Shown here in pieces: positions 45,742-59,003 of a stretch of 64,000 bases of DNA; position 1 is the first letter of the stretch; the number at the start of each line of letters is the position of its first letter. The notes beneath the pieces were generated by a model. That model did not search any database. It had not been told where the DNA came from and saw only the letters and a list, made by a program, of their open reading frames with translations. The stretch covers positions 124,001 through 188,000 of the forward strand of contig NMRA01000436.1 of the NCBI GenBank assembly GCA_002633005.1, read 5' to 3'. The translations under genes and the position numbers were made by a program. This DNA is from Phoronis australis (lineage: Eukaryota; Animalia; Phoronida).

Positions 45742-47239
45742 CTTAAAATCCCCCAACGGTAAGAAATATCAAATCGATTCATTTCAAATTTATTTCCTTA
45801 GAAAAACTGCGTATCAGCACAAGATTCGCAATACATGACATGCCTTCTGTGGTTGTGATTGTTCGTCAAAATCGTCCGCAGTTGACGTAATGATAATGTA
45901 CTCCCTGATGTCAAAATCATAAGGACGTTTGGAGGCAATAAGCATCAGAGAACTACTTATATGGATTGTCTTAAAGTCGACGCACCTTAGACAAGGTACC
46001 AATTTCATAATTTGAAATACGCGTATTTTTGAACATCAAACTGTTGCTGTATTTCATTATCCTTTGCCCCTCATTACTTTACTCCTACCCACATTCGTGG
46101 ACCCTTTTTGGCGCGCAAGCATTTTCTCTACCAATCAGCCTAACGTGGTATAATGACATCACTGACTCAATGAAACTGAAAAAATATAGTGGAATAGCAA
46201 CTTGGAAGCCGGGGGACACCGTCCTGAGAACCGAAAGTGCGCACTTATGCAGGCAGTATCTTGTTATAATATTTTTAGATCAAAAGTCCTATCTGAAAAC
46301 ATCACAATACTAGCCACCGATAAAACTCGCCGACTATAGATGAAATGCTGCGTGCTGGAAGGCTGCTGTAACGGTTTCGGCAATGCAGTGCAGGTTCATG
46401 TCCTCGCAGTCTATTGCTAGTGACGTTGTTTTACCCAACAAAGGACTGGAGACAGAAAAACAGCAAGATTTGTGTCAAACTAGAAAAACGATTAATGGAG
46501 CGCAGTAAGATTGTTTGAAATAAAGTTTAGTGTGGGGTACGCTAGTGAGCCAGTGATTTTCACGACCACGGACACGGATTGTAAAATTCCCTCGATCCCG
46601 ACATCCTACGACCCCCTCGAACCACGACCCACAACCCCCTCAACTCACAACCTGCCGCAATAGAGGTATCTGCGCTTTTTACAAAGTTCATAATCTTATT
46701 TCATCGCTGAGTAACTTTCTCGTAAGACGTACGCGTATTTGGTATGGCTCAGGCGGTTAAAAACAAAAAGTGGCGTATGCACATGATCTGAAATGGCGGA
46801 ATGTGAGTGTGCTATAGTTGTCACGGAAATAGGTCCACGAAACGCTACCAATGACCCTGTTCTACTAAACTTAGGGACAGAGGACGTTAACGTGGTCTCT
46901 ATCGCTGCCTCGTTTTCAATATACTCCATGTAACTTTGAGATGCAACAGTTTGTTTTTTCAAACTGTATTTACTGAAGAGATTATACAGTGGGAGTACGT
47001 GTAATTGAAGTCCGGTTGAATTCACTTTCACTCTGTTTCAGCCTGACGCTAAGCCTTCCTTCTTGAAGCAAGTGTGCATGCACTGTTTACTCTTCATGCG
47101 CCCACGCTAATAGCTGTGTTGACAGAATTGTTACGCTCCTTAAGAATCTTGACCCAAAGAAGCCAATGAGGCGAGACGAAATTCATCCCGTATACTAAAG
47201 CCTTATGCGTCTGAGATCGCACTCTCCGTTACTCTACTG

Positions 47240-47570
47240 TACCCTGTGACTGGAGAACTATAATATCACACCAGTTTTTAAAAGAGGGAATTTACCAAAA
47301 CCATATCATTAACATTTATAAATTGTGAATTGTTAGAGCACATTATTGCTTACGACATTTTAACCATCTCGATGACCTCAAAATGTTGTGACCCTACTAT
47401 TTGCGTTCTTGGACAATGTCAATCATCATGGTAACCAAAATGACGCCTTGCTGCTGTACTTTTTTGAGAATTTGACAAAATGAGCCATGCAGACTTAACG
47501 AACCATGCAATATTCAATCCACAAATGTTACCGATGTGCTATCCTTTGCAAACTGAACCAGTGGATCGAG
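47240..47570 (+). mobile_element. highly degenerate CR1-type RT fragment
   Basis: Frame-broken motifs PCDW..NITPVFKRG, LLEHII, NHLD and FDK..H. Confidence 0.5.
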
Positions 47571-47599
47571 AACTCGTTGGGAGCTTCCGTTTTTTGTTA

Positions 47600-48800
47600 G
47601 AGGTGAGCAATCCAGCTAGCATTTAGTTCAATCGAGCGGTGCCCAAATGCTTGTCGTGGGGCCATGTATGTTCTTACCAAATATTGACAACTTCCCCAGT
47701 GAGTTGGTAGCTTGACTGCCGGTTGCGGATCAGTGTCGAGTGAGCTGAAGAGTAGTAGCCGTACCTTAGATTTGCCTAGCGCCCAACTTGCAGGTACTAC
47801 CACTGATCGACCTTTGACTCGTACCGTGCCGGAACACATGGTTTGGGACAGTCGCCCAGGCTGAACTATACGAAACTGGATTCTTCTCTTGAAAGATTTG
47901 AGGGGTTGAAACTCAGCGATGGGTACATTTTCAATAGTTGATGTCTTCCTGTTAGATTAACCAAGTTATACTGATTTTGGTAATCACTCTACTCGGAGGG
48001 GTATATATCAAAGTGAGATGACTAGTCAAACGAAAGCACTGTGACTGTGGACACTCCGTGCATATTAACCTGGGGTCAAATCCCTAGAATCAAGTATAGA
48101 GGAACATGGTTTACCTGGCTACGGACCTTTCTGGCATCACCCTGAATTACCTGAATTACCTTCTGCGACTGGGTTCACAAAAGATGTTGAGCACAAATCC
48201 TCTCCCCAAACTTACACCCACTGAGGACAAGCTGAAGGGTATTGGAGATGATGTTTCCCGTACTTAGCTGATTGTGAAGTCTTCTCAAAAGACCTTTCTG
48301 TTGACTGGAAGCTGACCGGCCCATGAGAACCTCTAGTCGCAGAAAGCGAAGGCTCTCGATAGGCAGTGGCGGTAAGCAACTTCTGCTGATGGCACTGGTT
48401 GTCAAGAGTCACGGGACCGTACAGTGTTTGAACAGAAATGGAAATGAGATACAAAGCCTTGCTCTGGAGAACCAATAATCATTCTGGGTAGGAGGTTTGG
48501 TGAGGTACCCACAGAAGCGGAAGCAGGAGATAGCTTTGAGGACGTTATCTGTGGATAGTAACGTGGAACCAATTACCAATCAGCAATGAAACTTTTTTGG
48601 GTTGACGACCAGGATCTCCAATGCTTAGTCAAGAGCCACCAACAGGTCCTCAGGTTTCTTTAGATGGAACATGCGCAGTGTAACAGGAGTTTGCAAGGTC
48701 TCCACACTAGGAAAGATGTTCAAGCATTGAAATGATCTCTGGGATTTACAGAGGTAGAGAGGGCACCGCACGTCTAGCCCACGCTTGAGAGACCGGAAGG
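47600..48800 (+). mobile_element. possible DIRS-like retrotransposon remnant (tyrosine recombinase region)
   Basis: Weak frame-broken motifs LPKLTPT.DKLK, KTFLL and H.RK in the order expected for a DIRS YR; very decayed. Confidence 0.35.
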
Positions 48801-50183
48801 ACAACCTCTTCAGCTGCGACGCAAAGTTGCTTTACATTTTTTCGCAAGCTAAGCTATCGTTGACACCAAATAGAAGTCCATCCAGAATTGCCACAGAAAA
48901 AAAAAAACAGAGAGTTGTAATACTTTTGCTTGCCTTCCCATATAACCGACTGCCTGAAGAAGCCATTCCTTGCCCGCAATAAATATATTATATTTGCTGT
49001 TGTTATACAGTGACATAAAACACAATGTTGAACGTGATCAGTTTACACGAGGAAAATATTTTAATAGCTGACATCTCATATACATGCTCACTGGTTCTCA
49101 TGGGAGCAGTTCACCTAAATATTAGAAGAGAATCTACACTTCGGCTGTTTCAGTATCACTACCATCGAGTGTTGAAAGATATATGTAAGATACTGGCTTG
49201 TGTAATACTTGCTATCGGTTTACTTGATCTTTCCGTTCATCTATCAGACACTGTTGTGAATGTGATCACAAAAGTTCATTTGGAGCAGTGACTATTATAC
49301 CTGACTAGAAACTTTACCCGAAAGTTAAGGATAAATGAAAATGAAACAATTGCGTGGCACACTTTTTGTGAATTTTCGAAATCTTAGGAGATGCTGCTGG
49401 TCATTTTTGACCCAAATTTTGATAAGAACTTGGTGGTCATGGATCTTGTTCGTTAGTCGTCACGTGGTTGAGAAAATGCACCTTTAAAACGAGTCAACAT
49501 CGTAACGGGTCATTACGTGTTTATTCAACAAAAACATGCAAACGCAAACTAGCTGAAATAAATACTTTATTACATCATCAGCAATGGGTTTATACACATG
49601 TTTACACTCTCGACTTCTATGCTCATGGGCGCGCACCATAGGGAGCTACATGTAGGAGGCTGTGGCCCACCACTTTTTTCAGTGCTGCGCCGCTCACGAT
49701 GCTTTTATGATAAGAAGCATTTTTTTCTCAAAATATACCAAGACAGCATTTAAGGCCTTCGCCTGCAGCTAGTCTGAGATTATTAACTATCAATACCCAA
49801 GTGCTTAAGCAAATTTTAGATAGCACAAACCAAAAGTATTGACAAGGAATTCCCCTTCATGGCGTGCATGCAGGAACTGATTTCATCGTCAGTGTGGTCT
49901 TTCCTCTTGACCGAGAACGACTGAAAATCAACAGGACAGTTAATAATGTGATTAGACTTTTAGCGCCTTAATAGTTTTACCAATCATTTTTGTTGTTAAT
50001 GTAATTAGTCGTCATTACGGGGAAATGGTATACTTTGTCTGATTACTTTTGTCTTGTAAAGTTACTAGTACAGTACTCCTTTATTAATGTGATATAAGGA
50101 CGTCGAGTAATTTGAAGCGTTTTAATTTCAGGACGTTCAATATGATGCATGAAATACTCCACTGGTCTCCATTTCAAACAAAC

Positions 50184-50545
50184 TTATTGCAGAACGCATG
50201 CTCTGGACTTTTGGGCTTGCTTTGCCTTCGCCACAAATCGTGTAACATGGACCGTTGTGCCGAGAACTTGACCGGGGGTAGCGCCGTTTTGCTTACTCCC
50301 CTTCTTGTGAATAGGAGTGTTCTGTGGCGACACCATCTGTCGACTGGGTAAAGATTGAACCATCTCGATTGCGCTCTCGTCTTGAGGGTCAGCAATAGTC
50401 AACATGGTAAGACTGCCATCAACGGCGCCCAAAAGAATGTGGGAGCCTCCCTGTGAACCAACTATGGCGTTGATCTCTGCGTGACATTTAAAGTGGGCAA
50501 TCATTTTCCCGTCGTGCACGCGAAAGATGCGTATCGTCCTGTGAC
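50184..50545 (-). CDS. WD40 gene terminal exon ending in CaaX box CVLQ
   Basis: Acceptor ctgttctcag, HRTIRIFRVHDGK...GAVDGSLTMLTIADP...KSRACVLQ*. Minus-strand AATAAA at 50080-50085 and 49566-49571. Confidence 0.92.
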
Positions 50546-53500
50546 CTGAGAACAGAATAGAAAGACGTTTGTAAAAATCTGGGCTGCAATGAAATACCAA
50601 TAAGGCTTAAGTTAGGGATTCGTTGAGATTTCAAATACGTTCATAACTACTCAAGAATGTAGACCAACGTAGTTCGTGACCACGTTTGGAAGGTGAGGTC
50701 CACTCTTCGACTATAACCACGGTCGGCGCAGCACAGGAATAAGTGAGAAGCTATAGCCCCCACCCCCTATAGTGCAACCGCCCTTGAATAACTGGTTCAA
50801 TATCTTGCTTGGGCAAATGAATGAACTCGCCTTTTATGTCATTGTATATTTACTCGACGGACACTTTTTGTGAAGACCAGTTTCTCAAACAAAACTTCCA
50901 CTGAACTTACCTGTGTGATAGTACAGAACGTATCTGTCATCCTTGGTAAAGAGCACTTGTACGGCAAAGACACCTTCGGCAATTTTTGGTATTAAGGTAT
51001 GAACGACTTTACCAGTTTTCAGTTCAAGCAACTCCATGCCGCCGCGCGAGGGGGCGTACAGGCCTAGTTTTCCATTCTGTGTACATTTGCCGTTCCACTT
51101 TTGAACTGTTCTCACCACTGACTTCTTTTTCACGTCGTAGATAGTTCCTTTATCAGGGTCTATAAGAGCAATTTGGTTCGGCTCGTGTGGCATAGCAACG
51201 AGAGCTGTGAACTCCTGCCAGTTGGGATATTTAGGATTTACGTTGTACATATGCGTTCCTGTTTTAGCATGGTAAAGTCCGAGGTTTTCCGAATTCTTCC
51301 CAGCGCCAGGTAGTACGAGAAATAGTCCGTCAGCAGTTACCACACCTTTGCGAAATCGTTTGAAATTATATTCAAACTCATAGACAAGATCACCTGTCGG
51401 TATTGCACGGCATATAGCTTTCGCCTTATTGACGGCATGCTTTGAAATTGCTATAAACTTTGTGTCCTCTTCGTTCAGCATCAGTTGCTGGGTATCTTTA
51501 CAGGCATCGATGCGGAGCACTTTTCCAGCTAGAAAGAACGTGAATAGTGGCTAGAGGCGATAATGACATTGCGTGTAGAAGATTTGAAGATGTGGCGGTT
51601 TTAGTAATAATGTTCACAATGAGAAATCACTCTTATCCTACTTTCAACACAGTTCTGTTGGGGATGTGAGTGTGTTGGGAACATGGGTTCTTTTATCTAT
51701 CAACGAGGTGATGTAAGGTTTACATATCGGTGCTTAAAGCAGCGAAGCCGTAAACGCTTACCTGTTGTTAACTCATCACTGTCACACTTACGTACGTTTT
51801 GTATCTTCACCAACTTCCCAGATCAGGATATGACCGCTTTCCGCGCTAACCACATACTGGCCGCTGTTGATTATAGCTGCGTGAGTCACTATGGAACTGT
51901 GGGAACTATTCGATAGTTGTTTGAGCAGACGTCCCGTCTCCAAAGACCATACTCCTACACAGTTGCGAGTGGTGGTGATCCCAAGATACGCGTTTGACGC
52001 TAGCGATACGGAGTCGATAGGTTTCTCGTGGCGATCTATGGAATGTACCTGGAAGCAAAATGGAAAATTATCTTTTAGAAATGATTTATATATGAAAGAG
52101 AACGTGACGTGACGTGACGTAGGTCACACCGTCTAGTCCACTGGACAGTGGGCTTCTTGACATGCTCTACCAAAACATAGATCTATCAAACGCCGACGTT
52201 TTATCAAAGTTATGAGTTTGACACCACACGTGAGATTTGACAATGCATCGGCGGCGCAGCACTGAAAATAGTGGGGGCTGCCTGTGGTGCACCGCCTACA
52301 GACCATGTGCGGCATAGCACTGAAAAAAGTAGGAGGGCTATAGCCCCCAGCCCCCTATGGTGCGTCACACATGCAATGATTCAAAACAAACTTGCTTTCT
52401 AAAGAGGCCTTTCTTCTGAAGCTATTTGTTTCTACGCCAGCGAGTCTTATTACCAGAGCGTATCTTTTTGCAAGAATGTAGCGAACGCCATCCATCCAAG
52501 TTTCGGCAACGCAATATCGCGGCTTGAACCAAATGTGTCGGTATGTACGGAGAGCAAATTCCATAATTTATGGTACATAACCGCAATTCTGAGCACATGG
52601 AAAGTAACGTATATTGATGGAATTCCTACACTATTCTCCATAATGTTAAACGGTAATTTTATATTGAACATTTGCGGAAAGGTAGGAAAAGAAAGCTGCC
52701 AAACGATGTTTGTTCAATCCTCGACACCTGTTCATAGATGTTGTCGAAATTCCAAACTTTTATGGTCTTGTCTATTGACGAAGATATGATTTTATTCATG
52801 CCCTGTGTCGTCACCGATGTCATGGCGATAATTCGACCGAAGTGGGCGTCCAGTGTTTTCACGAGGTTGCCTGACTTTGAATCGTAAACGTACAGGTTCT
52901 TTCGTACACCTAAAATATTAAAACACTGTTAACCGTCATTTTTACATATTTAAATAATATTTCTTAACTGTTGCGTTGCTATATGACAGAGGTTACCAGG
53001 TATACAATTCGATGGTGGTTAACATTGCATTACTTTTTACCCAGACTGATAAAACACCTAGTTAAGTTTCTGTTGCTCTTTCATTTAAACATGTTGCTAC
53101 TTCGGCGGGTTATAGGCTAATGACAAAATGATAATGAATCGGGTTACAAAGTTACATGCAACACTTATCAACTCCATACCGACCGAAATACAACCATAGA
53201 AAACATGAAGTACTAACTTAATTCCACGACTCGAATTTTTGACCACCGCAAAATTAAGTGGAAACATTCAGCGTCTAGTGTGAAACGAGACGTCCCAACA
53301 TGATAGTCATATTACCTAAAAAGCGCACAGATATACCTTTAATTTATAAACAAAAGAAACATAGCTTTCAGGCTACTTGGACTTCAACGAACAATGTTGC
53401 AACACTGTCGAAAGAATACAAGAGTGAGATTTGAATAAAATAAAAGTCGCATCATTGCGTCAGTTGATAGTTATTTCCTTCACTAAAACAACTCACCGGC

Positions 53501-56500
53501 TACAACAAAGTGGTTGCTCCTGGTGAATAACACCATACCGGTAAAGTTGTTGCGCGTAGGGATGTTCCGAATGGCTGACGGCAGCTTCAGTTCGATAAGT
53601 TTATTAGAGCTTAGCGCCCATAGCTTGTACCCTGGAATATTACGTAAAGGATCGCAAAGGGTACATACAAAAAAGAGATAACGTTTCCAAAGATCTCAAT
53701 CTCTACTCATGTGCACTGCATGTGAAAGGCTCAATAACACTATCATTGGGGTCAAGAAGACGATCCATATTTTTGCAATGTTTAATACAACCAAATAGTT
53801 TTAATAATTATGACTATAGCTGAAACATGGCTATACAGCCCCGCCACCCTCTCCTTTCTACCTTTCTGCTCGTCTTCCCTACAGCTTTCGCGTCCACACG
53901 AATATATGTTATCTTTAAATGGCTGTACCATGACACCAAAAAACATGTGTTATTCCAGGAAGGATTTGGGTTACGTACCATGACATTTGCACATACAGTG
54001 TATATTTATGAAGGCGAAAATGCTACTACTTTCAAAACCAATACCTGATGCAAGCGTTGCAACCAGGTAAGCATCATCAGGGCTTAGCGTAAGAGCGAAA
54101 ACAGGATCTGAGTTATCAAAGGATTTGTCCAGGGCCCAGCGAGCACCGTCCTTCTTGTAAACAGCCACATCATTTTCTGAGATTCCTGAAAGAAGGTTGT
54201 TTTCCTGAAACGTTCTGTATGTGGATTGTAACATAGATGACGCCCATATCATATGAAGTGCACGAGACAACCTTTTGGGGGTAATCGGGATTTTAGCAGT
54301 CAGTAAATGCCTGCCGTGAATCAGCTGATTTTTCGAAGTGACAAGTATTGGTTTGTTTCTTAACATCCATGGTCAGCATAATACTTTATCGGTAACGGTC
54401 AGTGGTTATTCTAAGTATCTTCATAAGTCCTTGTAAGGTTTCAACAAATTTCGGAGACTGCAAAATTTTATGACCGATTCCTCCAAGCCACTTGTTAAAT
54501 GGCTGACCTTCACGTTAGTTATACAATGCGGTATCACAAACAAAGCAGATAATTAACGTACTATGCGCAAGTACTGAGATGCATTACAAACATGGGATAA
54601 GATGTACTACCCTTACTCTTGGCTTTAATGTTTTGACAAAGAGGAGAGCCGTACTCAGGGGCGGATCAAGGGTGTGGAGTTAGGGGGGCCAGGGCAGAGT
54701 ATTAGCCATTGTTTTACCCGTCAAACATTCGCAACCCAGAAGTCCCAAATGGAATATGGGAGAATTTTAGGGGGGGGGGGGCATGGCCCCCTTGGCCCCT
54801 CCTTAAATCCACCTCTAGTACTATAGTTTGTTTTGACATATTAAAATTCACATAAAAGTACGTCCACCGCTTTACAATAATGGACCCACTCATGAGGTTA
54901 GCACCAGCGATAACGCCTCGATGAGGTGTTCACGTGTAAAGAACAAGAGGCTCTACTTAAAGAAAGTTTGGAAGGGGCTGCTTTTTAGCGAAATATGAAA
55001 CTCCACATCATTTGAAGAGCCTGCATCCACTCGAGCAGTGCAGAATGAAATCAGCACAGGTCTGTATAACCATACCTACCAATACAAGCGTAAACGACAT
55101 TCTTATCGGACGTGATAGCAATTGCAGAGTGAAACTCGAAAGACTCAATGTTTCCATTTTCCACCGCAAGAGTCATGTCGTTATCTTTCTCTTCGCCACT
55201 TTTCAGTACCATGTAGTTCTCCCCGGAAGTGCTAAGGTCGAGCTGAAACGTTAAGAGGATTTCAAGTTAACTAACAACTCGTAGAACATTATCGAAGAAG
55301 TTTATAGGGAACATAGAGGAGGGGGAGAGGGGCTTGCAGTGTATGACTAAGAACAATACGGATGATCTACTGTATGGTCAACGTTAAAATTCCTTTGAAG
55401 TCATCCGTTATACGAGGGTCGTTCAATAAGTTCTCGGCCTCACCAAGAAAACAGGGAGGCAGGTTAATTTTTTTCGCACCATAGTAAAATTTCATCTGCC
55501 GCTAGGTGGCGCTGCTTCAAAACAGCAGACGTCGACATATTTAGCAGCATGGAGATAACGGAGACGAGAGCCGTTATAAAGTATTTGGGTAAAAAAGGAA
55601 TGAAACCAAAAGATATTCATGAAGAGATGCGAAAAACAGTCGGAACAGACTCGCCGAGCTACTCCACAGTAAAAAATGACCAGCTTATTTCAAGAGGGGT
55701 AGAGATCAGAAAGCATTGAAGATGATACTCGTCCAGGACGTCCCAAATTATCGACCTCCAGTGAAAATGTGCAGAAAATTCATGGAATGGTTATGAAAGA
55801 TAGGCCAATGACTGTCCAATATTTAGCAAACACTTTTGGTATCAGCAATGGGTACGTCTCTAAAGTTTTGGGTGAAGATGTGGGCATGGATAAGCTGAGT
55901 GCATGATGGGTGCCAAGAATGGTAACTCAGGATCAGAAAATGAGCAAAATGCAAAATTCAAAGGAACTTCTTGGAAGATTCCAAGCAGATCCAGCTAAAT
56001 TTTCGACGAGACTTGTAACCCAGGATGAGACATGTCATGGGTCCACCACTTTGACTCGGAATCAAAACAACAAAGTAAACAATGGAAGCACGTGAGTTCC
56101 CCAAGCCCGAGAAAGTTCAAGTTGGGTCCCTCTGCGAGCAGTTATGGCCTCTGTGTTCTGGGACAGCGAAGGTATTCTGATGATCGACCACTTGCAACGA
56201 GGACACATTGTTACTGGGAATTACTATGCATCACTTTTGAAAAAATTCAAAAAGCAATCATGGAAAAGAGACGCGGGAAGTTTCGGGATGGAGTGTTTTT
56301 ACTTCAAGACAATGCACCTGCCCATACTGCCAAAGTTGCATTGGCTGAAGCAACAAGATGTGGCTTTGAAACCCTTCCGAACCCCGCCTATGGTCCAGAC
56401 CTGGCCCCATCTGATTTTTATTTGTTTCCACATGTGAAGGCCTACCTGCGTGGACGCCAGTATGTGAGCGATGATGACGTCATGAGTGCAGTGGAGGAGT

Positions 56501-57371
56501 ATTTTGAGGGGTTCGACAAAAGTTTCTTTTACGAAGGCATTGCAAAACTGGAGCACAGATGGAAGAAATGCATTGATGTAACGGGAGATAATATTGAAAA
56601 ATAAAAGTCAAAATTAATTGCTATAGCGTTGTTTTCTGGGTAGGCCGTGAACGTATTGAACCACCCTCGCATAATCCCATTTCTTCAATAACACCACTTA
56701 TCGTTATGAAAATGGTCGAAGGACGAACGTTTGGTTATTGTTTGAGGTCATGCTCAACAAGATGACTTATCAAGGTGTGTCAAATTTTTCAACGACTATG
56801 TTGAACTTCTTTCCCCAAAACCAAAAAACACTTATTATCTAAGTAATCCGTGATTTGAAACCACTTGATGGCGGTACGTTTGTATTGTCTAATGATGTTT
56901 TTTCTCTTAAAATTAAGCACCCATGGCTTCTGATTTGTAGCTTAATCAAAATTACAATGTAATTTACAGACTGATGCCAAAAATAGCCGTAATTGACATT
57001 GTCCCATTTGTTTTAAAGTACGTATTTCATTAAAATCAATGAGCAGTTTTGTACGTTGTACGATCATGGACTAATAAAGGTGATTATGCACTAGCATGAA
57101 CAGGGACCACGTTAATTGCACCAAATCAATAAAATAAAAGATAGAGTTAATTTCAGTGTTGTCTTGGAGACAATACCTGTAAGAGAGGAGTGTGGTCAGA
57201 TATCTTCTGCTTGGTTTCCAGAGTGCCATCTAACGAGTAGATGTGCCAGTTGGTTGAACTCCACACCACCAAGTGAGTGTTATTTGCACTAGTTCCCATT
57301 ATTGCGGACTTTCCTTCTACTGGTCTGGGGATGACTCGATACTCGCCCGTCATTATAGAACAGACGATTAC
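50184..57371 (-). CDS. 3' part of a large WD40-repeat protein (NACHT-WD NWD1/NWD2/qui-1-like by inference), join(57177..57371,55080..55242,54045..54185,53497..53631,52728..52909,51796..52048,50911..51528,50184..50545), 682 aa, 5'-partial
   Basis: Eight GT-AG exons splice in frame (2049 nt to TAA). WD-type repeats include LDAHFGRI...SSSIDKTIKVWN, IDRHEKPIDSVSL...VGVWS and VVSAESGHILIWE. The C-terminus is KSRACVLQ. No NACHT domain is visible here and upstream exons were not found. Confidence 0.88.
50911..51528 (-). CDS. WD40 gene exon
   Basis: GKVLRIDACK...LYAPSRGGMELLELKTGKVVHTLIPKIAEGVF...YYHT+G, acceptor ttctttctag, donor G|gtaagt. Confidence 0.92.
51796..52048 (-). CDS. WD40 gene exon
   Basis: VHSIDRHEKPIDSVSLAS...GHILIWEVGEDTK+C, acceptor ttttgcttccag, frame-preserving donor C|gtacgt. 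Confidence 0.87.
52728..52909 (-). CDS. WD40 gene exon
   Basis: VRKNLYVYDSKSGNLVKTLDAHFGRII...IDKTIKVWNFDNIYEQ, acceptor attttag, donor CAG|gtgtcg. Confidence 0.9.
53497..53631 (-). CDS. WD40 gene exon
   Basis: YKLWALSSNKLIELKLPSAIRNIP...FTRSNHFVVA+G, acceptor attccag, donor G|gtgagt. Confidence 0.87.
54045..54185 (-). CDS. WD40 gene exon
   Basis: ISENDVAVYKK...VFALTLSPDDAYLVATLAS+G, acceptor cttctttcag, donor G|gtattg. Confidence 0.87.
54656..54817. mobile_element. ~160-bp MITE (CAGGGGCGGATC family), TSD GTACT; related copies ~23693-23848 and ~62197-62352
   Basis: GTACT|CAGGGGCGGATC...AATCCACCTCTA|GTACT; the core GGGCAGAGTATTAGCC...AAACATTCGC is shared with the other copies. Confidence 0.7.
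55080..55242 (-). CDS. WD40 gene exon
   Basis: LDLSTSGENYMVLK...FEFHSAIAITSDKNVVYACI+G, acceptor gtttcag, donor G|gtaggt. Confidence 0.82.
55413..56669 (+). mobile_element. mariner (DD34D, irritans/Hsmar2-like) transposon, full length, inactivated
   Basis: ~40-bp TIRs CGAGGGTCGTTCAATAAGTTCTCGGCCT / AGGCCGTGAACGTATTGAACCACCCTCG with TA/CA flanks; antisense inside a WD40-gene intron. Confidence 0.95.
55549..56604 (+). pseudogene. mariner transposase pseudogene
   Basis: MEITETRAVIKYL...GRPK...WVPR...TQDET/WVHHFD...DNAPAH...YGPDLAPSDFYLF, with in-frame TGA stops and frameshifts. Confidence 0.93.
57177..57371 (-). CDS. WD40 gene exon (first identified in window)
   Basis: VIVCSIMTGEYRVIPRP...SDHTPLLQ, acceptor tcataag, donor CAG|gtattg. 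Confidence 0.78.
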
Positions 57372-59003
57372 CTTATGATAACATGAGCAAAAACAAGTTC
57401 AATGCGATCTTGACACAACGATGCTTGATCGAGCACTAAATGCTATACTAACTCATGCAGATAGACATGACGTCATGCAGATAGACATGGCGTCAATATG
57501 GGTATGAAGTGAAGTTAGCCTGAAACTACAGTGCATAATACTTCGTTGCCACTGGATGATACAATGCAAAAATGTCATCAGTTGTTTCAGTAACAAAAGA
57601 GTACTTTTTGGATGTTCCTTGGAAAGACATTTAGCCGTTAGATCCCTACAGAAATGGGGGACACGTACTGAATTAGACGGCACCAGAGAAGCAACGGCTC
57701 TGCTTGTAGAAATCTTGTATTCTGGTAGTCATGTGAGAGACATTGTCACATCCACATGTTGAAGAACGAATTTCTGCCCATAATTAGGCTATCGAGATGT
57801 TAAAAAAGGAATTTCCTTCCATAACATCGCTAAATGAATATCGAATCGTCCATCGATAACAAAAGATACCCGTTAGATTACTTGACGTATCCATACATGT
57901 GTATGTTGAAAGAAACATATCCACCAGATCACAACAACGGTAGTTCTTTGCTGGTTCCCTGGGTGTCCGCGAGGTGGTAGTTGACACGCAGGTACACTGT
58001 ATCATTTCATTTTCCTCGGGATTTCGTTACACCGGCGTTTGTGATTGGCTGGTCGAATGGGGCTATTCGGAAAATCTGCAATAACTAGAGGGCGTGCGTG
58101 TACTAGTGGTGATAGATTAACAGCCTCGATTTCGCGAGCCCTTTAAATACATGGTGAAATGGCTTGCAGCCGTGCCAACTGAATCTAAGATTGCGTAAGA
58201 GAGGAAGTAAGCACGACCTCATACAAAGGTAAGGTTAGTGATTATTTTAACGATTATTCCATTATTATTCTACCGATGCCTGTTAACTGAGGCACTCGCC
58301 GATGTCGACTTCGAGGCAGTCAGTCGCCAGCCAGAGTCTGGTTAATCTTTGTATGTTGTGATATGTAATACGATACTTGACGTAGCAATCGGGATCTTTT
58401 CGTACATCAAAGCATTATTATTGTTTGGAATAATTTCTAAAAGTTTATCAGTGACAGTTACATCAATCAATGCTGAATGCCGGTTTATGCTGTCAACTCG
58501 ATACAGGTTAATGAGTTAAGATTACAATTCAATCCCAATGACAAAGGGTACGTGAGTGATAAATATCCATTGTATTACACTATTTGTTTACTCCCTATCA
58601 TATGTCTTCTGGAAATCTATTACACGTTGAAATAAAAATCTATCACGTCAGTTTTCACGTAACCTTTGGTTTTTAGGTTTGAAGGCATGTACCGTGCAGA
58701 GGAGATATGCATCGCTTCTGTACCGTCCATGAATGGACAAAATTGTTTTTGTGCATTTGACTGCAGCTAACCAACAAGATCTTCCCATCCAGTGCAGATC
58801 TGTTGTCAAAGCCTACTTTAAATATTGAAGATAACAAACAAAGCCTTTGAAAAGGAACAGCTATTTTTAAAGTCATTTTGTTAAATTACTTATTCAGGTC
58901 CCGAGGGGGGATTGGCATAGGGGGTTGTAATATTTGGTACAACTGAATGTGTGGAAATAACAGGTAATACATGTTTGGGGAAAAGAGCATGGTGAGGTAA
59001 TTC

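Noticed and set aside
45814-46008. 64-aa ATG ORF upstream of the orphan ORF as a first exon
   Set aside because: No convincing donor/acceptor pair joins it in frame; at most it is a uORF.
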